Assembly: GCA_028818755.1 (NCBI GenBank)
Contig: JAPPNF010000051.1
Location: 104-64,103 of the forward strand
Direction: 5' to 3'
Length of the DNA stretch: 64,000 nt
Origin: Deltaproteobacteria bacterium
GTDB taxonomy: Bacteria > Desulfobacterota > Binatia > UBA9968 > JAJDTQ01
Shown here: piece after piece, positions 46,841 to 56,051 of the stretch
How the letters are laid out: every line of letters starts with the position of its first letter
Position numbering within the stretch: position 1 is the first letter of the stretch
Notes under the pieces: model-generated
The model's input: only the letters and a program-made list of their open reading frames with translations
The model's database searches: none
Told to the model about the DNA's origin: nothing
Program-made: the position numbers and the translations under genes

Positions 46841-48697
46841 TCAGAAGAGTAGGTTTTGTGGATCGGTGCTTGCTGCGGTACCTTCGGTCATGAAGAAGGG
46901 CGTTCGTGATGTGTCGCCATTGATCAACGCTCGAATCTCGTTCATATCAGCAACAAAGGTCCCCGTATTCACGCGGCAATAGCGCCAGCAACTGAAAGCG
47001 GGTGCGCTACGCCTTGTCTCGACGGCGTGTTCCGCTTCGTCTGCGTACCGGGCTGCCGCTGCATTGTCACCCGTGGCCCAATAGGCTATCGCCATGCACT
47101 GGAGGTAGTTCGGCTCGGCTTCCCGTCTCTTGATCGACGAATGCAGTTGTAAAACGCGCTCGAATGGTTGCGTCTCGATCGTTCCGGTGTCGCCCCAAAC
47201 TGCCATGCCGTAGTTGAATGCGTCTTCAATTCCCATGTCACCGATACTCCGTCCTTCTGGGCGGAGTAGTTGTACAGTGTCGGAACACCTTCCGACCGCC
47301 ATATACGCCAGCGCTAGTTCTGCCTCCGCCGACTGTCGATTCGTTGCCGAGAAATCATCAAGGCGGACGATATGCTGCAAGATGGGTATCGCGAGAAGGG
47401 CTTCATCCGGGGAATGATTGAGCATGCCCGCGAGCCACATCTGCTCATCCGCGTCCATTGACACTACTGCGACCGATTCGGCGATTTGTTGCGGCACCGG
47501 CGAGCGTATCCGTGAAATCGCCGCTCTGGCCATTGGGGGAGACACTTCGCGAGACTCCAGAACCCGTAGTGCGTCTTCCTCCGCGCCTGCGGGGTCACCA
47601 TTCCGTGCGCGAATTCGAGAACGTGCGAGGTACCCGTCAGGCCCGTCATATCCTGCGTCAATCGCTTGGTATGTGAGAGAAGCCGCCCACTCGGCTTGTC
47701 CATCGTCTGCCCTAAGTTCTCCAAGGCGGAACAGAACCTCCCCGTCTTTCGAATGGGCACGTTCAATCTCCAAGAGCATGCTGTCCCTGGCCTGTATCGT
47801 TTCGTCCTCCATCCCGCGCCAGTCCCTGCCCATCCGCCTGATGTAGTCTAACGCGCCATCGCGGTCAGCCCAATTTCGCTCGGATATCGCTCGGGCCAAA
47901 TCTCTGTATTCCTCTGCAAGGCGGCTTCTGGGACGATCCTTGGCAAAAACCACTTGATTCAACAGAGAAAGACTGTCGTACCTATGCACGATCATTGGCT
48001 CACGTCGGAAGCCGAGTTGTTCCTGAAAAGCCTTGATCTTGTGGTCGAGAATCCTGTCCTCGTCGTCTAGGTCCGGGACGTTGGACATAACGAAGTGGAG
48101 TTCGATGGTCTTTTTGCGCGGTTCGACGGTTTCGGCTCGAATATCGCTGACGACTCGTGTCAGGCCGCGTAGGTTCTGTTCGTTAGGGAAGAACAGAATC
48201 ACGACTGCGTCGGGAAGCTGGCGTGAGCAGATCCCGCCTGTGTCGGTGTGCCCGGTGCGTGAATCGATGAGGACATAGTCGGGCTTGACAACTCGGTTCC
48301 ATTGTTCCTTCAGGTCTTCGAACAACAGATAGCCGTCGCGCTCGTCGTAAAGCACTCCCCAATCGATCTGGTTGAAATTGCTAGAGTAGGTATCCGGCCT
48401 GCCCGACGGCATGATCCAGAGTCCACCGCCCTGTTCACCGATGTGGGAGGTTTCACTGATAAATTGGGAAGCTTCCGGCGCCCGTCCCGAAACCAGATAC
48501 TGGCTGACGAAGTCGATGATCCCGGGGACTTGTTCACGTGGCTGCATGACGTCGAAGGTATCAAGCCCGGGTGCTTCAAGGTCGAAATCGACCGCGAGCA
48601 CGCGACGGCCCCTTTTGGCGAGTTCGACGGCGACATTGACTAGAGCCATCGTGCGTCCGACACCTCCCTTGAACGAATAGAATGTTGCAACGTACAT
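46841..48697 (-). CDS. ParA/MinD-like ATPase with variant Walker A KGGVGR, fused to a ~320-aa TPR-like helical repeat region
   Basis: MYVATFYSFKGGVGRTMALVNVAVELAKRGRRVLAVDFDLEAPGLD..., DYVLIDSRTGHTD, then helical repeats to the C-terminus. ATG at 48697 is chosen. The track ORF starts at TTG 48709. Confidence 0.75.
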   Translation of the reverse strand: MYVATFYSFKGGVGRTMALVNVAVELAKRGRRVLAVDFDLEAPGLDTFDVMQPREQVPGIIDFVSQYLVSGRAPEASQFISETSHIGEQGGGLWIMPSGRPDTYSSNFNQIDWGVLYDERDGYLLFEDLKEQWNRVVKPDYVLIDSRTGHTDTGGICSRQLPDAVVILFFPNEQNLRGLTRVVSDIRAETVEPRKKTIELHFVMSNVPDLDDEDRILDHKIKAFQEQLGFRREPMIVHRYDSLSLLNQVVFAKDRPRSRLAEEYRDLARAISERNWADRDGALDYIRRMGRDWRGMEDETIQARDSMLLEIERAHSKDGEVLFRLGELRADDGQAEWAASLTYQAIDAGYDGPDGYLARSRIRARNGDPAGAEEDALRVLESREVSPPMARAAISRIRSPVPQQIAESVAVVSMDADEQMWLAGMLNHSPDEALLAIPILQHIVRLDDFSATNRQSAEAELALAYMAVGRCSDTVQLLRPEGRSIGDMGIEDAFNYGMAVWGDTGTIETQPFERVLQLHSSIKRREAEPNYLQCMAIAYWATGDNAAAARYADEAEHAVETRRSAPAFSCWRYCRVNTGTFVADMNEIRALINGDTSRTPFFMTEGTAASTDPQNLLF

Positions 48698-48701
48698 GGA
48701 G

Positions 48702-49262
48702 TCACGCAACTAGCCGCAGTCGAAAATTCTCCTGGTCCCTGCGTATGTCGTCGGTAATTTCCAGTGACCGAAACTGCCTTTCGCCAGCGCTCGACACCGC
48801 TCTCGGCGTCGGACCCTTCTGCACCATTTCCTGTAGATGCTGCATTATCCCAGCCGATGCCAATAGACGAAGGTACCTGTCGTAGGCGTGCGTTTGAATG
48901 TTGATCCCGTTCTCCCAGCGATTCAACGAAGCCTCGCCGATCCCGGTGATTTCAGCAAACTCCGCGCGCGTCATCCCGTAGTGTTCCCTAACGCGACGAA
49001 TCTCGTCGGGTGGCAGTACACCGAAGTGGTCGCAGAGTGCTTCGTGTTTCAGATCTTCGCCCACTTCATCGAGATACTCGGTGTCGCAGGAACCACAGCG
49101 ACGCACGGGTAGGTCCACCGTCAGCTCGACAGCGGTTTCCCCCGATCCGTAGCTGAATGTGTGACGATGCATAATAGTCGTAACTCGATCACCACCACAT
49201 AGTGGGCAGCTCAGCTTCCCCTGTGCCGCCCGTAGTCCGGCGGTCGAGCGTTCAGGTTCCAT
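48702..49262 (-). CDS. MqsA-like protein: YgiT-type zinc ribbon plus XRE-type HTH, with an extra ~50-aa C-terminal tail
   Basis: CPLCGG...RRCGSCDTEY zinc ribbon, then IRRVREHYGMTRAEFAEITGIGEASLNRWENG...RYLRLL, collinear with E. coli MqsA. ATG at 49262 is preceded by GAGGAA (the track start TTG 49277 would overlap the upstream stop). Confidence 0.7.
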   Translation of the reverse strand: MEPERSTAGLRAAQGKLSCPLCGGDRVTTIMHRHTFSYGSGETAVELTVDLPVRRCGSCDTEYLDEVGEDLKHEALCDHFGVLPPDEIRRVREHYGMTRAEFAEITGIGEASLNRWENGINIQTHAYDRYLRLLASAGIMQHLQEMVQKGPTPRAVSSAGERQFRSLEITDDIRRDQENFRLRLVA

Positions 49263-49273
49263 CTCTAGTTTCC

Positions 49274-49714
49274 TCAATCCTTCTGTTCGGAGCAGTGAAA
49301 ACTACGACGACCAAAAATCTTGCCGGAACCTAGTTCCAGCTTGATGTAGAGCTGGGGTTGTCCCGGCTCGATGTCGATCTTCATCACGTACCCTGTTGCC
49401 CCTGGCGGCTTCTCCAATTGGACTATCTCCAGAGGGTGCCCATCTTCGATCTTGGATGCGATCAACTCCCAAGCCGACTTGTCTGTGAAGTAGTCATCGA
49501 GTAATCCGTCAGGATTGCGCACCTGTTGTGGTCGCCAATCAGTTGGGCGGTCGTGGCGGAAATCAAAGCTACGGGCACCTGTCCTCCTGGCAAGAACCAA
49601 CAAATGTTGTCGTGTCTCGTCGTCTACCTGCACTAGTGGCTCCAAGGCACCCGCAACCAGACATACATGGAAATCATATGATGTTTCTTGGGGGTTGTCA
49701 AGTCCAATATCCAA
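49274..49714 (-). CDS. 146-aa protein, possible MqsR/RelE-fold toxin-like component
   Basis: TTG start is preceded by AAGGGA. C-terminal ...GYVMKIDIEPGQPQLYIKLELGSGKIFGRRSFH resembles ...QDVYRP...VYLKITV.DVLIVSFKE of MqsR. The toxin-first gene order matches mqsRA. The similarity is weak. Confidence 0.4.
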   Translation of the reverse strand: MDIGLDNPQETSYDFHVCLVAGALEPLVQVDDETRQHLLVLARRTGARSFDFRHDRPTDWRPQQVRNPDGLLDDYFTDKSAWELIASKIEDGHPLEIVQLEKPPGATGYVMKIDIEPGQPQLYIKLELGSGKIFGRRSFHCSEQKD

Positions 49715-49920
49715 TCAATTGATTTCCCTTAGTGTGTCTCTGCAAATGTTGTCCACTTATCGCCATGAGTTCAAGCAACAGATGGCGCTGTCTTGGGAGT
49801 CGCACGCAAGGTTTGACTCGTAGGGATGCCTGCGCTATCAACGCCGAGTATCTCGCGCCCGCGGCTCTGTCGCGGGGTCGAGTCCGGGACCGTGAAGCCC
49901 GATCCTACATCATCTACGCC

Positions 49921-50823
49921 ATGTACCCCGCCGCCTTCGACTACACCATCGCCGAATCCGTGGACCACGCCATCGACCTCCTCCAACGCTCGGGGGAGGG
50001 CGCCAAGCTTTTGTCGGGCGGGCAGAGCCTCGTACCGCTGATGAAGCTGCGGCTGGTGCAGCCGACCCATGTCATCGACATCGGGCGCGTCGCCGGACTG
50101 TCGGACGTGGGCGTCGACGACGCGGCCGGTATGGTGCGTATCGGCGCCCTGGCCACCCACGCGCAGATGGGCGCCTCCTCGGTCGTTCGCGAGAAGCTGC
50201 CGCTGATGACCGAAGCCGCGGGCGTCATCGGCGACGCGCAGGTGAGGGGCTGGGGGACCCTGGGCGGGGCGCTGGCGGAGGCGGATCCGGCGGGGGACTG
50301 GGGTCCGGTGGTGCAGGCGCTGGAGGGGCGGGTGGAGTGCACCGGCCCGTCTGGCGCCCGGCTGGTGGACGCGGCGTCGTTCTTCGTGGACGCCTACACC
50401 ACGGTATTGGCGGACGACGAGGTGATCACCCAGCTTGAGGTGCCGGTGCCGTCGACCGGCAGCGCCGGAGCCTATCTCAAGATGGAGCGCCGGGCCGGGG
50501 ATTTCGCCGTGGCCAGCGTGGCGGTGCAGCTCGAGCTGGACGGCGCGGGGAGTTGCACGAAGGCCGGGGTGGCGCTGGGGGCGGCGGGCCTCACGCCCAT
50601 CAAGGCGGTGGCGGCCGAGGAGGCCCTTTGCGGACAGCCGGTGGCTTCGGAGGTGGTGGATGCCGCGTCGGAGAGGGTCGTGGAGGCGGCGAATCCGCTG
50701 GCGGACGTGCGCGGGTCGAGCGACTACAAGCGGGCGGTGTGCGGGGCATTGTTCAGGAAGGCCGTGGACATCGCGCTCAGGCGCCTACAGGGCGAGAACG
50801 TGAAGGGCGGGCATGTCCGTTAG
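49921..50823 (+). CDS. FAD-binding medium subunit of a xanthine dehydrogenase/CO dehydrogenase-family molybdoenzyme (CoxM/CutM-like)
   Basis: MYPAAFDYTIAESVDHAIDLLQ...KLLSGGQSLVPLMKLRL...GTLGGALAEADPAGD...RGSSDYKR. Confidence 0.8.
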   Translation: MYPAAFDYTIAESVDHAIDLLQRSGEGAKLLSGGQSLVPLMKLRLVQPTHVIDIGRVAGLSDVGVDDAAGMVRIGALATHAQMGASSVVREKLPLMTEAAGVIGDAQVRGWGTLGGALAEADPAGDWGPVVQALEGRVECTGPSGARLVDAASFFVDAYTTVLADDEVITQLEVPVPSTGSAGAYLKMERRAGDFAVASVAVQLELDGAGSCTKAGVALGAAGLTPIKAVAAEEALCGQPVASEVVDAASERVVEAANPLADVRGSSDYKRAVCGALFRKAVDIALRRLQGENVKGGHVR

Positions 50824-50882
50824 AGTGAAAAGCCGTATCGTCGCCGGCCACGGAACCGGGACTGGCCGCGCGGGGTATCCCC

Positions 50883-51374
50883 ATGTCCGATAAGGTGAAG
50901 GTCCGCATCACCATCAACGGCGCGGCGCACGAGGGCGAGGCGCCGCCGCGCATGCTGCTGGTGGACTACATCCGCGACGTGGTGGGCCTCAAGGGAACCC
51001 GCTACGGCTGCGACACCAGCAACTGCGGCTCGTGCACGATCGTCATGGACGGCAGGAGCGCCAAGTCTTGCACCTTCCTGGCGGTGCAGGCGGACGGCCG
51101 CGAAGTGACCACCATCGAGGGCCTCGCCGACGGCAGCGAGTTGAATCCGCTGCAGGCGGCCTTCCAGGAGACGCACGCGCTCCAGTGCGGCTTCTGCACC
51201 TCGGGCATGGTCATGTCCGCCCACGCGCTGCTGGCGCGCAATCCCGCTCCCTCGGCGGAGGAGATACGCGAGGGGATCATCGGCAACCTGTGCCGCTGCA
51301 CCGGCTACGTTCCCGTCATCGAGGCGGTGCAGGTGGCGGCCCGGCGCATGAAACCCGAGGGAGGAACCCCATGA
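50883..51374 (+). CDS. [2Fe-2S]-binding small subunit (CoxS/CutS-like)
   Basis: ...GCDTSNCGSCTIVMDG... and ...LQCGFCTSGMVM...NLCRCTGY. Confidence 0.85.
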   Translation: MSDKVKVRITINGAAHEGEAPPRMLLVDYIRDVVGLKGTRYGCDTSNCGSCTIVMDGRSAKSCTFLAVQADGREVTTIEGLADGSELNPLQAAFQETHALQCGFCTSGMVMSAHALLARNPAPSAEEIREGIIGNLCRCTGYVPVIEAVQVAARRMKPEGGTP

Positions 51375-53815
51375 GCGCCGCTCCGCGCCCGCCGCTGGTG
51401 GGCACCCCGGTCCCGCGCAAGGAGGACCCGGACATCCTCCGGGGTCAGGCGCGCTACACTTTCGACCTGGAGCTGCCGGACATGCTTCACGTGGCCGTGT
51501 ACCGGAGCCCCGCCGCCCACGCGCGCATCCGCAAGGTGGACCTCTCCAAGGCGCTGGCGCTGCCCGGCGTGGTGTCCGGGTTGACCGGCGAGCAGGTGCG
51601 GCAACTCGGCTACGTGAACCCGCTGTCGCCGTTCCCGTTCCAGAGCCGGGACCCGTTCAAGCGCGGCAACCCCACCATCAAGTTCTTCGACCACTACTGC
51701 CTGGCATGGGACAAGGTGCGTTTCGTGGGCGAGCCCGTGGCGGCGGTGGTGGCCACGGACCGCTACGTCGCCGAGGACGCGCTGGACCTGATCGAGGTGG
51801 ATCTCGACCCGCTGCCCCCGGTGGTGGACTCCGCGGCCGCCCTGGAGCCCGGCTCCGACCGCCTGTACGAGGACTGGGACGACAACGTCATGCTGACGTT
51901 CCGGGTGTCCGGCGGCGACGTCGAGGCCGCCTTCCGCGACGCGGAGGTCGTGGTCAAGGAAACCATCCAGAGCGGCCGCTTCACCGGCACCCCCATCGAG
52001 ACCCGCGCGGTGGTGGCCGACTACGACGTCAGCGTCAAGACCCTGAGCCTGTGGAGCACGACCCAGATCGGCCACGCCATCGGCACGCTGGTGGAGAACA
52101 CCATCGGGCTGCCGGACCTCAAGGTGCACGTGATGTTCCGGCGCATCGGCGGCGGCTACGGGCAGAAGTGGGCCTTCTACCCGGAAGAGATCCTGGTGCC
52201 GCTGCTGTCCATCCTGGTGGGGCGCCCCATGAAGTGGGTGGAAACCCGGCGCGAGCACATGACCGGCACCATCCACGCGCGCGAGCAGACCCACCACATC
52301 GAGGCGGCGGTGCGCCGGGACGGCACCATCCTGGGGGTCAAGGACCGCATCGTGGCCAACATCGGCGCCGCCTATCCCACCGGCGGCCTGGCCTCCATCG
52401 TCACCACCGGCATGTTCGTGCCCGGCGCCTACCGGATCGCCAACTACGAGGGGCAGGTCCAGGGTGTGGTCACCAACAAGACCCCCTACGGCGCGCATCG
52501 GGGCTTCGGCAAATCGGAAGCGTGCTTCGTCATCGAGCGCATGGTGGACCGCATCGCCGCGAACCTCGACCTCGACCCGGTTGAGGTGCGCCGGCGCAAC
52601 TTCATCCCGCCGGACGCCTTCCCGTACCGCTCCGTCACCGGCCCGCGCTACGACAGCGGCCGGTACGGGGAGGCGCTCGACAAGGCGCTGGAGCTCCTGG
52701 ACGTGGATCACTGGCGCAAGGCCCAGAAGGAGGCGGCGGCCGAGGGCCGCTACCTGGGCATCGGCACCTGCCTGGTCATCGAGCCGTCGAGCTCCACGCG
52801 CATGGGTTCCTACAACGCCGGCTACTACAGCGTGCGCATGCGCATGGACCCCAACGGCAAGGTCTACGTTTTCCCGGGCGGCAGCGACGAGGGCCAGGGC
52901 CACGCCACCTCCATCTCGCAGCTCGTGGGCGACGAGTTGCAGGTGTCGTTCGACGACGTCATGGTGGTGGAAGGAGACAGCTTGGCGTGCCCCTACGGCT
53001 CCGGCTCCTACTCCAGCCGTTTCTCGGTGGTGGGCACCACCGCCGTGACCCTGGCGGCGCGGGCGCTACGCGACAAGATCACCCAGATCGCCTCGGTGAT
53101 GCTGCGGCACCCGCCCGGCGGGCTCGTGTTCGCCGATGGCCAGGTGTCGGTGGAAGGACGGCCGGCCGAGGCGGTTTCCCTCTCGGAGATCGCGCGCGTC
53201 GCGTACTTCTACCCGTTCCAGTTGCCCGAGGGCATGGACCCGGGGCTGGAGACGCTGTACCACTTCCGCGATCCCAACATCGAATTCGAGGCCGACGAGC
53301 GCGGCCGCGTGGCCATGTTCAGCAGCTTCCCCTACGACGCCGAGGCGGCGGCGGTGGAGGTGGAGGCGGACACCGGGCTCCTGAGAATCCTGAAGTTCGT
53401 CTCGGTGCACGACTGCGGCAACATGCTCAACCCGCTCATCGTCAGGGGTCAGCACGTGGGCGCCCTGGCCCACGGTTTCGGCGGCGCCCTGTACGAGGAA
53501 TTGCCCTATTCGGAGGAAGGCCAGCCGCTGGCGGCCAGCTTCAAGGACTATTTCCTGCCCACGGCCATGGAGATGCCGGAGATGGTGCTGGAGCATATCG
53601 AGACCCCCAACCCGTTCACTCCGGGCGGCTTCAAGGGAGCGGGCGAGACCGGCACGGTGGGGCCGCCGGCGGTGCTGGCCAACGCCGTGGAGGACGCGCT
53701 CAAGCCCCTGGGCATCGCCGTCCGCCGGCTGCCGCTCACGCCCCAGTACCTGTGGTCGCTCATCCAGGAGGCCCTTTCCTCTCCCCCCTCTCCCTCCGGG
53801 AGAGGGTCGGGGTGA
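51371..53815 (+). CDS. Molybdopterin-binding large subunit (CoxL/CutL-like, xanthine dehydrogenase family)
   Basis: MSAAPRPPLVGTPVPRKEDPDILRGQARYTFDL..., ...YGAHRGFGKSE... (neither the AYXCSFR nor the AYRGAGR CODH signature). The ATG overlaps the coxS-like stop. The last ~15 codons and the stop lie inside a REP element. Confidence 0.8.
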   Translation: MSAAPRPPLVGTPVPRKEDPDILRGQARYTFDLELPDMLHVAVYRSPAAHARIRKVDLSKALALPGVVSGLTGEQVRQLGYVNPLSPFPFQSRDPFKRGNPTIKFFDHYCLAWDKVRFVGEPVAAVVATDRYVAEDALDLIEVDLDPLPPVVDSAAALEPGSDRLYEDWDDNVMLTFRVSGGDVEAAFRDAEVVVKETIQSGRFTGTPIETRAVVADYDVSVKTLSLWSTTQIGHAIGTLVENTIGLPDLKVHVMFRRIGGGYGQKWAFYPEEILVPLLSILVGRPMKWVETRREHMTGTIHAREQTHHIEAAVRRDGTILGVKDRIVANIGAAYPTGGLASIVTTGMFVPGAYRIANYEGQVQGVVTNKTPYGAHRGFGKSEACFVIERMVDRIAANLDLDPVEVRRRNFIPPDAFPYRSVTGPRYDSGRYGEALDKALELLDVDHWRKAQKEAAAEGRYLGIGTCLVIEPSSSTRMGSYNAGYYSVRMRMDPNGKVYVFPGGSDEGQGHATSISQLVGDELQVSFDDVMVVEGDSLACPYGSGSYSSRFSVVGTTAVTLAARALRDKITQIASVMLRHPPGGLVFADGQVSVEGRPAEAVSLSEIARVAYFYPFQLPEGMDPGLETLYHFRDPNIEFEADERGRVAMFSSFPYDAEAAAVEVEADTGLLRILKFVSVHDCGNMLNPLIVRGQHVGALAHGFGGALYEELPYSEEGQPLAASFKDYFLPTAMEMPEMVLEHIETPNPFTPGGFKGAGETGTVGPPAVLANAVEDALKPLGIAVRRLPLTPQYLWSLIQEALSSPPSPSGRGSG

Positions 53816-53935
53816 GGGTAGCCGGAAGGAGTAGAGTGCCGGGCGGCCCTCACCCGGCCTTCGGCCACCCTCTCCCAAAGGGAGAGGGGTTGGATTTGGG
53901 ACGGAACGAGGCCCGGGGGGAGGGGGGTTGGATTT
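53783..53935. repeat. REP-type element cluster
   Basis: CCCCTCTCCCTCCGGGAGAGGGTCGGGGTGAGGGT, CCCTCACCCGGCCTTCGGCCACCCTCTCCCAAAGGGAGAGGGGTTGGATTTGGG and a further GGGGGGTTGGATTTGAGG tail. Confidence 0.85.
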
Positions 53936-53962
53936 GAGGAAAAAAGGCCAAAGGGAGATGTC

Positions 53963-54685
53963 ATGTCCGACAAGGTCCTGCTCGAAAAGACCGGCGACAT
54001 CGCCGCCCTGACCCTGAACCGCCCCGACAAGGGCAACGCGGTGGACATCGAGTTGATGATGGCGCTGATCGAGAGCCTGTCGGAGGCGTCGGCCGACAGC
54101 GCCCTCCGGCTGCTGGTCATCGAGGGCAGGGGCGAGCATTTCTGCTCCGGGCGCGAGCCGGACGTTCCCAGGCCCGAGAACGCCGCCCAGTTCGCGGAAG
54201 CCCTCGGCCGCATCGTCCGCGTCAACAAGCTGCTGCAGTCGTTTCCGGGAATCAGCATGGCCGTGGTCCGGGGCAAGGCCTTCGGCTTCGGCTGCGGACT
54301 GGCGGTCCAGAGCGACGTGACGCTCGCCGCCGAGGACGCCAGGTTCGCGTTCCCGGAGATCAACGCCGGGTTCCCGCCCACCATCGTCATGTCCTACCTG
54401 AGCCGCTGGATCCACCGGAAGAAGGCCCTGGAGCTGGTCATGACCGGAGGCGAGATCAGCGCGCCGGAAGCGGAGCGGCAGGGTCTCGTGAACCGGGTGG
54501 TGCCGGCGGATCAACTGGAAGACGAAAAGCAGCGCTGGATGGAAACGCTGGCGGGCCGTGACCTCAAGGGGCTGCAGGCGACCAAGGCGTTTTTCAGGGA
54601 CACGGCCGAGTGGTCCACCGAGGCGGCGGCTCAGTACGGGGTGACCCGGTTGGCGAACTTCTTCGCGAGCCGGGACAAGGCTTGA
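53963..54685 (+). CDS. Enoyl-CoA hydratase/isomerase (crotonase) family protein
   Basis: ...ALTLNRPDKGNAVD...LVIEGRGEHFCSGRE...GKAFGFGCGLAVQSD...FAFPEINAGFPP. Confidence 0.75.
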   Translation: MSDKVLLEKTGDIAALTLNRPDKGNAVDIELMMALIESLSEASADSALRLLVIEGRGEHFCSGREPDVPRPENAAQFAEALGRIVRVNKLLQSFPGISMAVVRGKAFGFGCGLAVQSDVTLAAEDARFAFPEINAGFPPTIVMSYLSRWIHRKKALELVMTGGEISAPEAERQGLVNRVVPADQLEDEKQRWMETLAGRDLKGLQATKAFFRDTAEWSTEAAAQYGVTRLANFFASRDKA

Positions 54686-54710
54686 CTGGCGGAGGTTTCT
54701 GCCCGGTCAT

Positions 54711-54805
54711 CCAACCCCTCTTCCTCCGGGAGAGGGTGGCCTCCTTCCGTCCCAAACTAACCCCTCTCCCTCTGGGAGAGGGTGGCCGAAGGCCGGGTGA
54801 GGGCC
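54711..54805. repeat. REP-type element cluster
   Basis: CCAACCCCTCTTCCTCCGGGAGAGGGTGGCC and CCCCTCTCCCTCTGGGAGAGGGTGGCCGAAGGCCGGGTGAGGGCC. Confidence 0.85.
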
Positions 54806-54987
54806 TACCGCTTCAGGTCGATCTTGCGCCCGAAGCTGACCTCGCCCTTGTCTATCCTGAGAGAGAATCCGCAGTCAGGGTTGGTGCAGACCCAGGCCTT
54901 GTACATCACGGAAGCACCGTCCTGACCGTAGTCGGAAAGCGGGATCAACGTGCCATTGTCGCATTTCTGACATTTCGGCAACTCCAT
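54805..54987 (-). CDS. Small zinc-ribbon protein (60 aa)
   Basis: MELPKCQKCDNGTL...WVCTNPDCGF gives CxxC...CxxC. Confidence 0.45.
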   Translation of the reverse strand: MELPKCQKCDNGTLIPLSDYGQDGASVMYKAWVCTNPDCGFSLRIDKGEVSFGRKIDLKR

Positions 54988-55307
54988 CTCCACACCTCCT
55001 TTGCAGCGAGCGCCGTCCGGCGAGGCGCTCCGCGACCGCCCACGCCGGCCGTTTCCCGCCGCGACCCGGCAGGTTGAAAGTTGCGTCGACCTTATAGAAA
55101 AACCCCGTCGAAAGCAAGAAGCCGAATCGTCGCCGCGGACCCGTCGCGGCTCCTGTTTGCGAGTCATTTAGGTGCACGGGAGGGTCCGGAAACACCCCTG
55201 CGATTTGACAGCTTCAAGGCGCTGGGGATATGATGATTGCGGACTTCCGGTGGGACGGGACCGGTTGCGTCGGAAGTCCCCTCGCTGCGCGATATCGTAC
55301 ACATCTC

Positions 55308-56051
55308 ATGTCCGTGGTGGCTATCATACCGGCCCGTTATGGATCGACGCGGTTCCCCGGGAAGCCGTTGGCCAGGATCGGTAAGAAGCCCATGATCCAG
55401 CACGTCTACGAGAGCACCGCGACGACGGATCTGGTGCGCCGGACGGTGGTGGCCACGGACGATGCGCGCATCCTGGATGCCGTACGGGCCTTCGGCGGGG
55501 AAGCGGTGATGACCTCGAAGGACCACCTGAGCGGCACGGACCGCCTGGCCGAGGTCGCCGGGGGGCTCGAGGCCGAGTGGATCGTGAACGTTCAGGGAGA
55601 CCTTCCGTTCATCCAGGCGGAGACCATCCGCAGGAGCGTCGACTGCCTGGTGCGGGACCCCGCCGTTCCCATGGCCACGGCGTGCACGCCCATTACATCG
55701 GAGGGGGAGTTCCTCAACCGCAACGTGGTCAAGGTAGTGACCGACCGGGAGGGGTTCGCCTGCTATTTCTCCCGCGCCCCCATCCCCTTTCACCGCGAGC
55801 CGGCGGCGGTTCCGGCACAGTGGGGCCATCGTCACCTGGGCATCTACGTCTACCGGCGGGATTTCCTGTTGCGCATCGCCGCCATGCCCGCCGTGGCGCT
55901 GGAGCTTGCCGAGGGACTGGAGCAGTTGCGGGCGCTCTACTACGGTTACCGGATCCGGGTCGCGGACGTGATGGAGACGGGCGTGGAGGTGGACACGCCG
56001 GATGACCTGGAGCGGGCGGAGGCGTACTGGAGCCAGTGTCGTGTCCCGTAA
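55308..56051 (+). CDS. kdsB: 3-deoxy-manno-octulosonate cytidylyltransferase
   Basis: MSVVAIIPARYGSTRFPGKPLARIGKKPMIQHVYE...NVQGDLPFI...LEQLRALYYGYRIRV. Confidence 0.9.
   Translation: MSVVAIIPARYGSTRFPGKPLARIGKKPMIQHVYESTATTDLVRRTVVATDDARILDAVRAFGGEAVMTSKDHLSGTDRLAEVAGGLEAEWIVNVQGDLPFIQAETIRRSVDCLVRDPAVPMATACTPITSEGEFLNRNVVKVVTDREGFACYFSRAPIPFHREPAAVPAQWGHRHLGIYVYRRDFLLRIAAMPAVALELAEGLEQLRALYYGYRIRVADVMETGVEVDTPDDLERAEAYWSQCRVP

Noticed and set aside
49274-49277. The idea that the MqsR-like/MqsA-like pair is just an independent TA module unrelated to the ATPase gene.
   Set aside because: Not excluded. The 4-nt gap or 8-nt overlap between the MqsA-like gene and the ATPase gene, and the extra C-terminal tail on the MqsA-like protein, argue for a single operon. 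It is therefore reported as one candidate system pending co-occurrence analysis.
49855-49895. tRNA T-arm-like string GGGGTCGAGTCCGGGAC at the right border of the defence island, considered as a possible tRNA fragment or att site.
   Set aside because: The flanking bases do not form a 5-bp T-stem (GCGGG vs CCGGG), and no acceptor or anticodon arms can be drawn. Probably coincidental.
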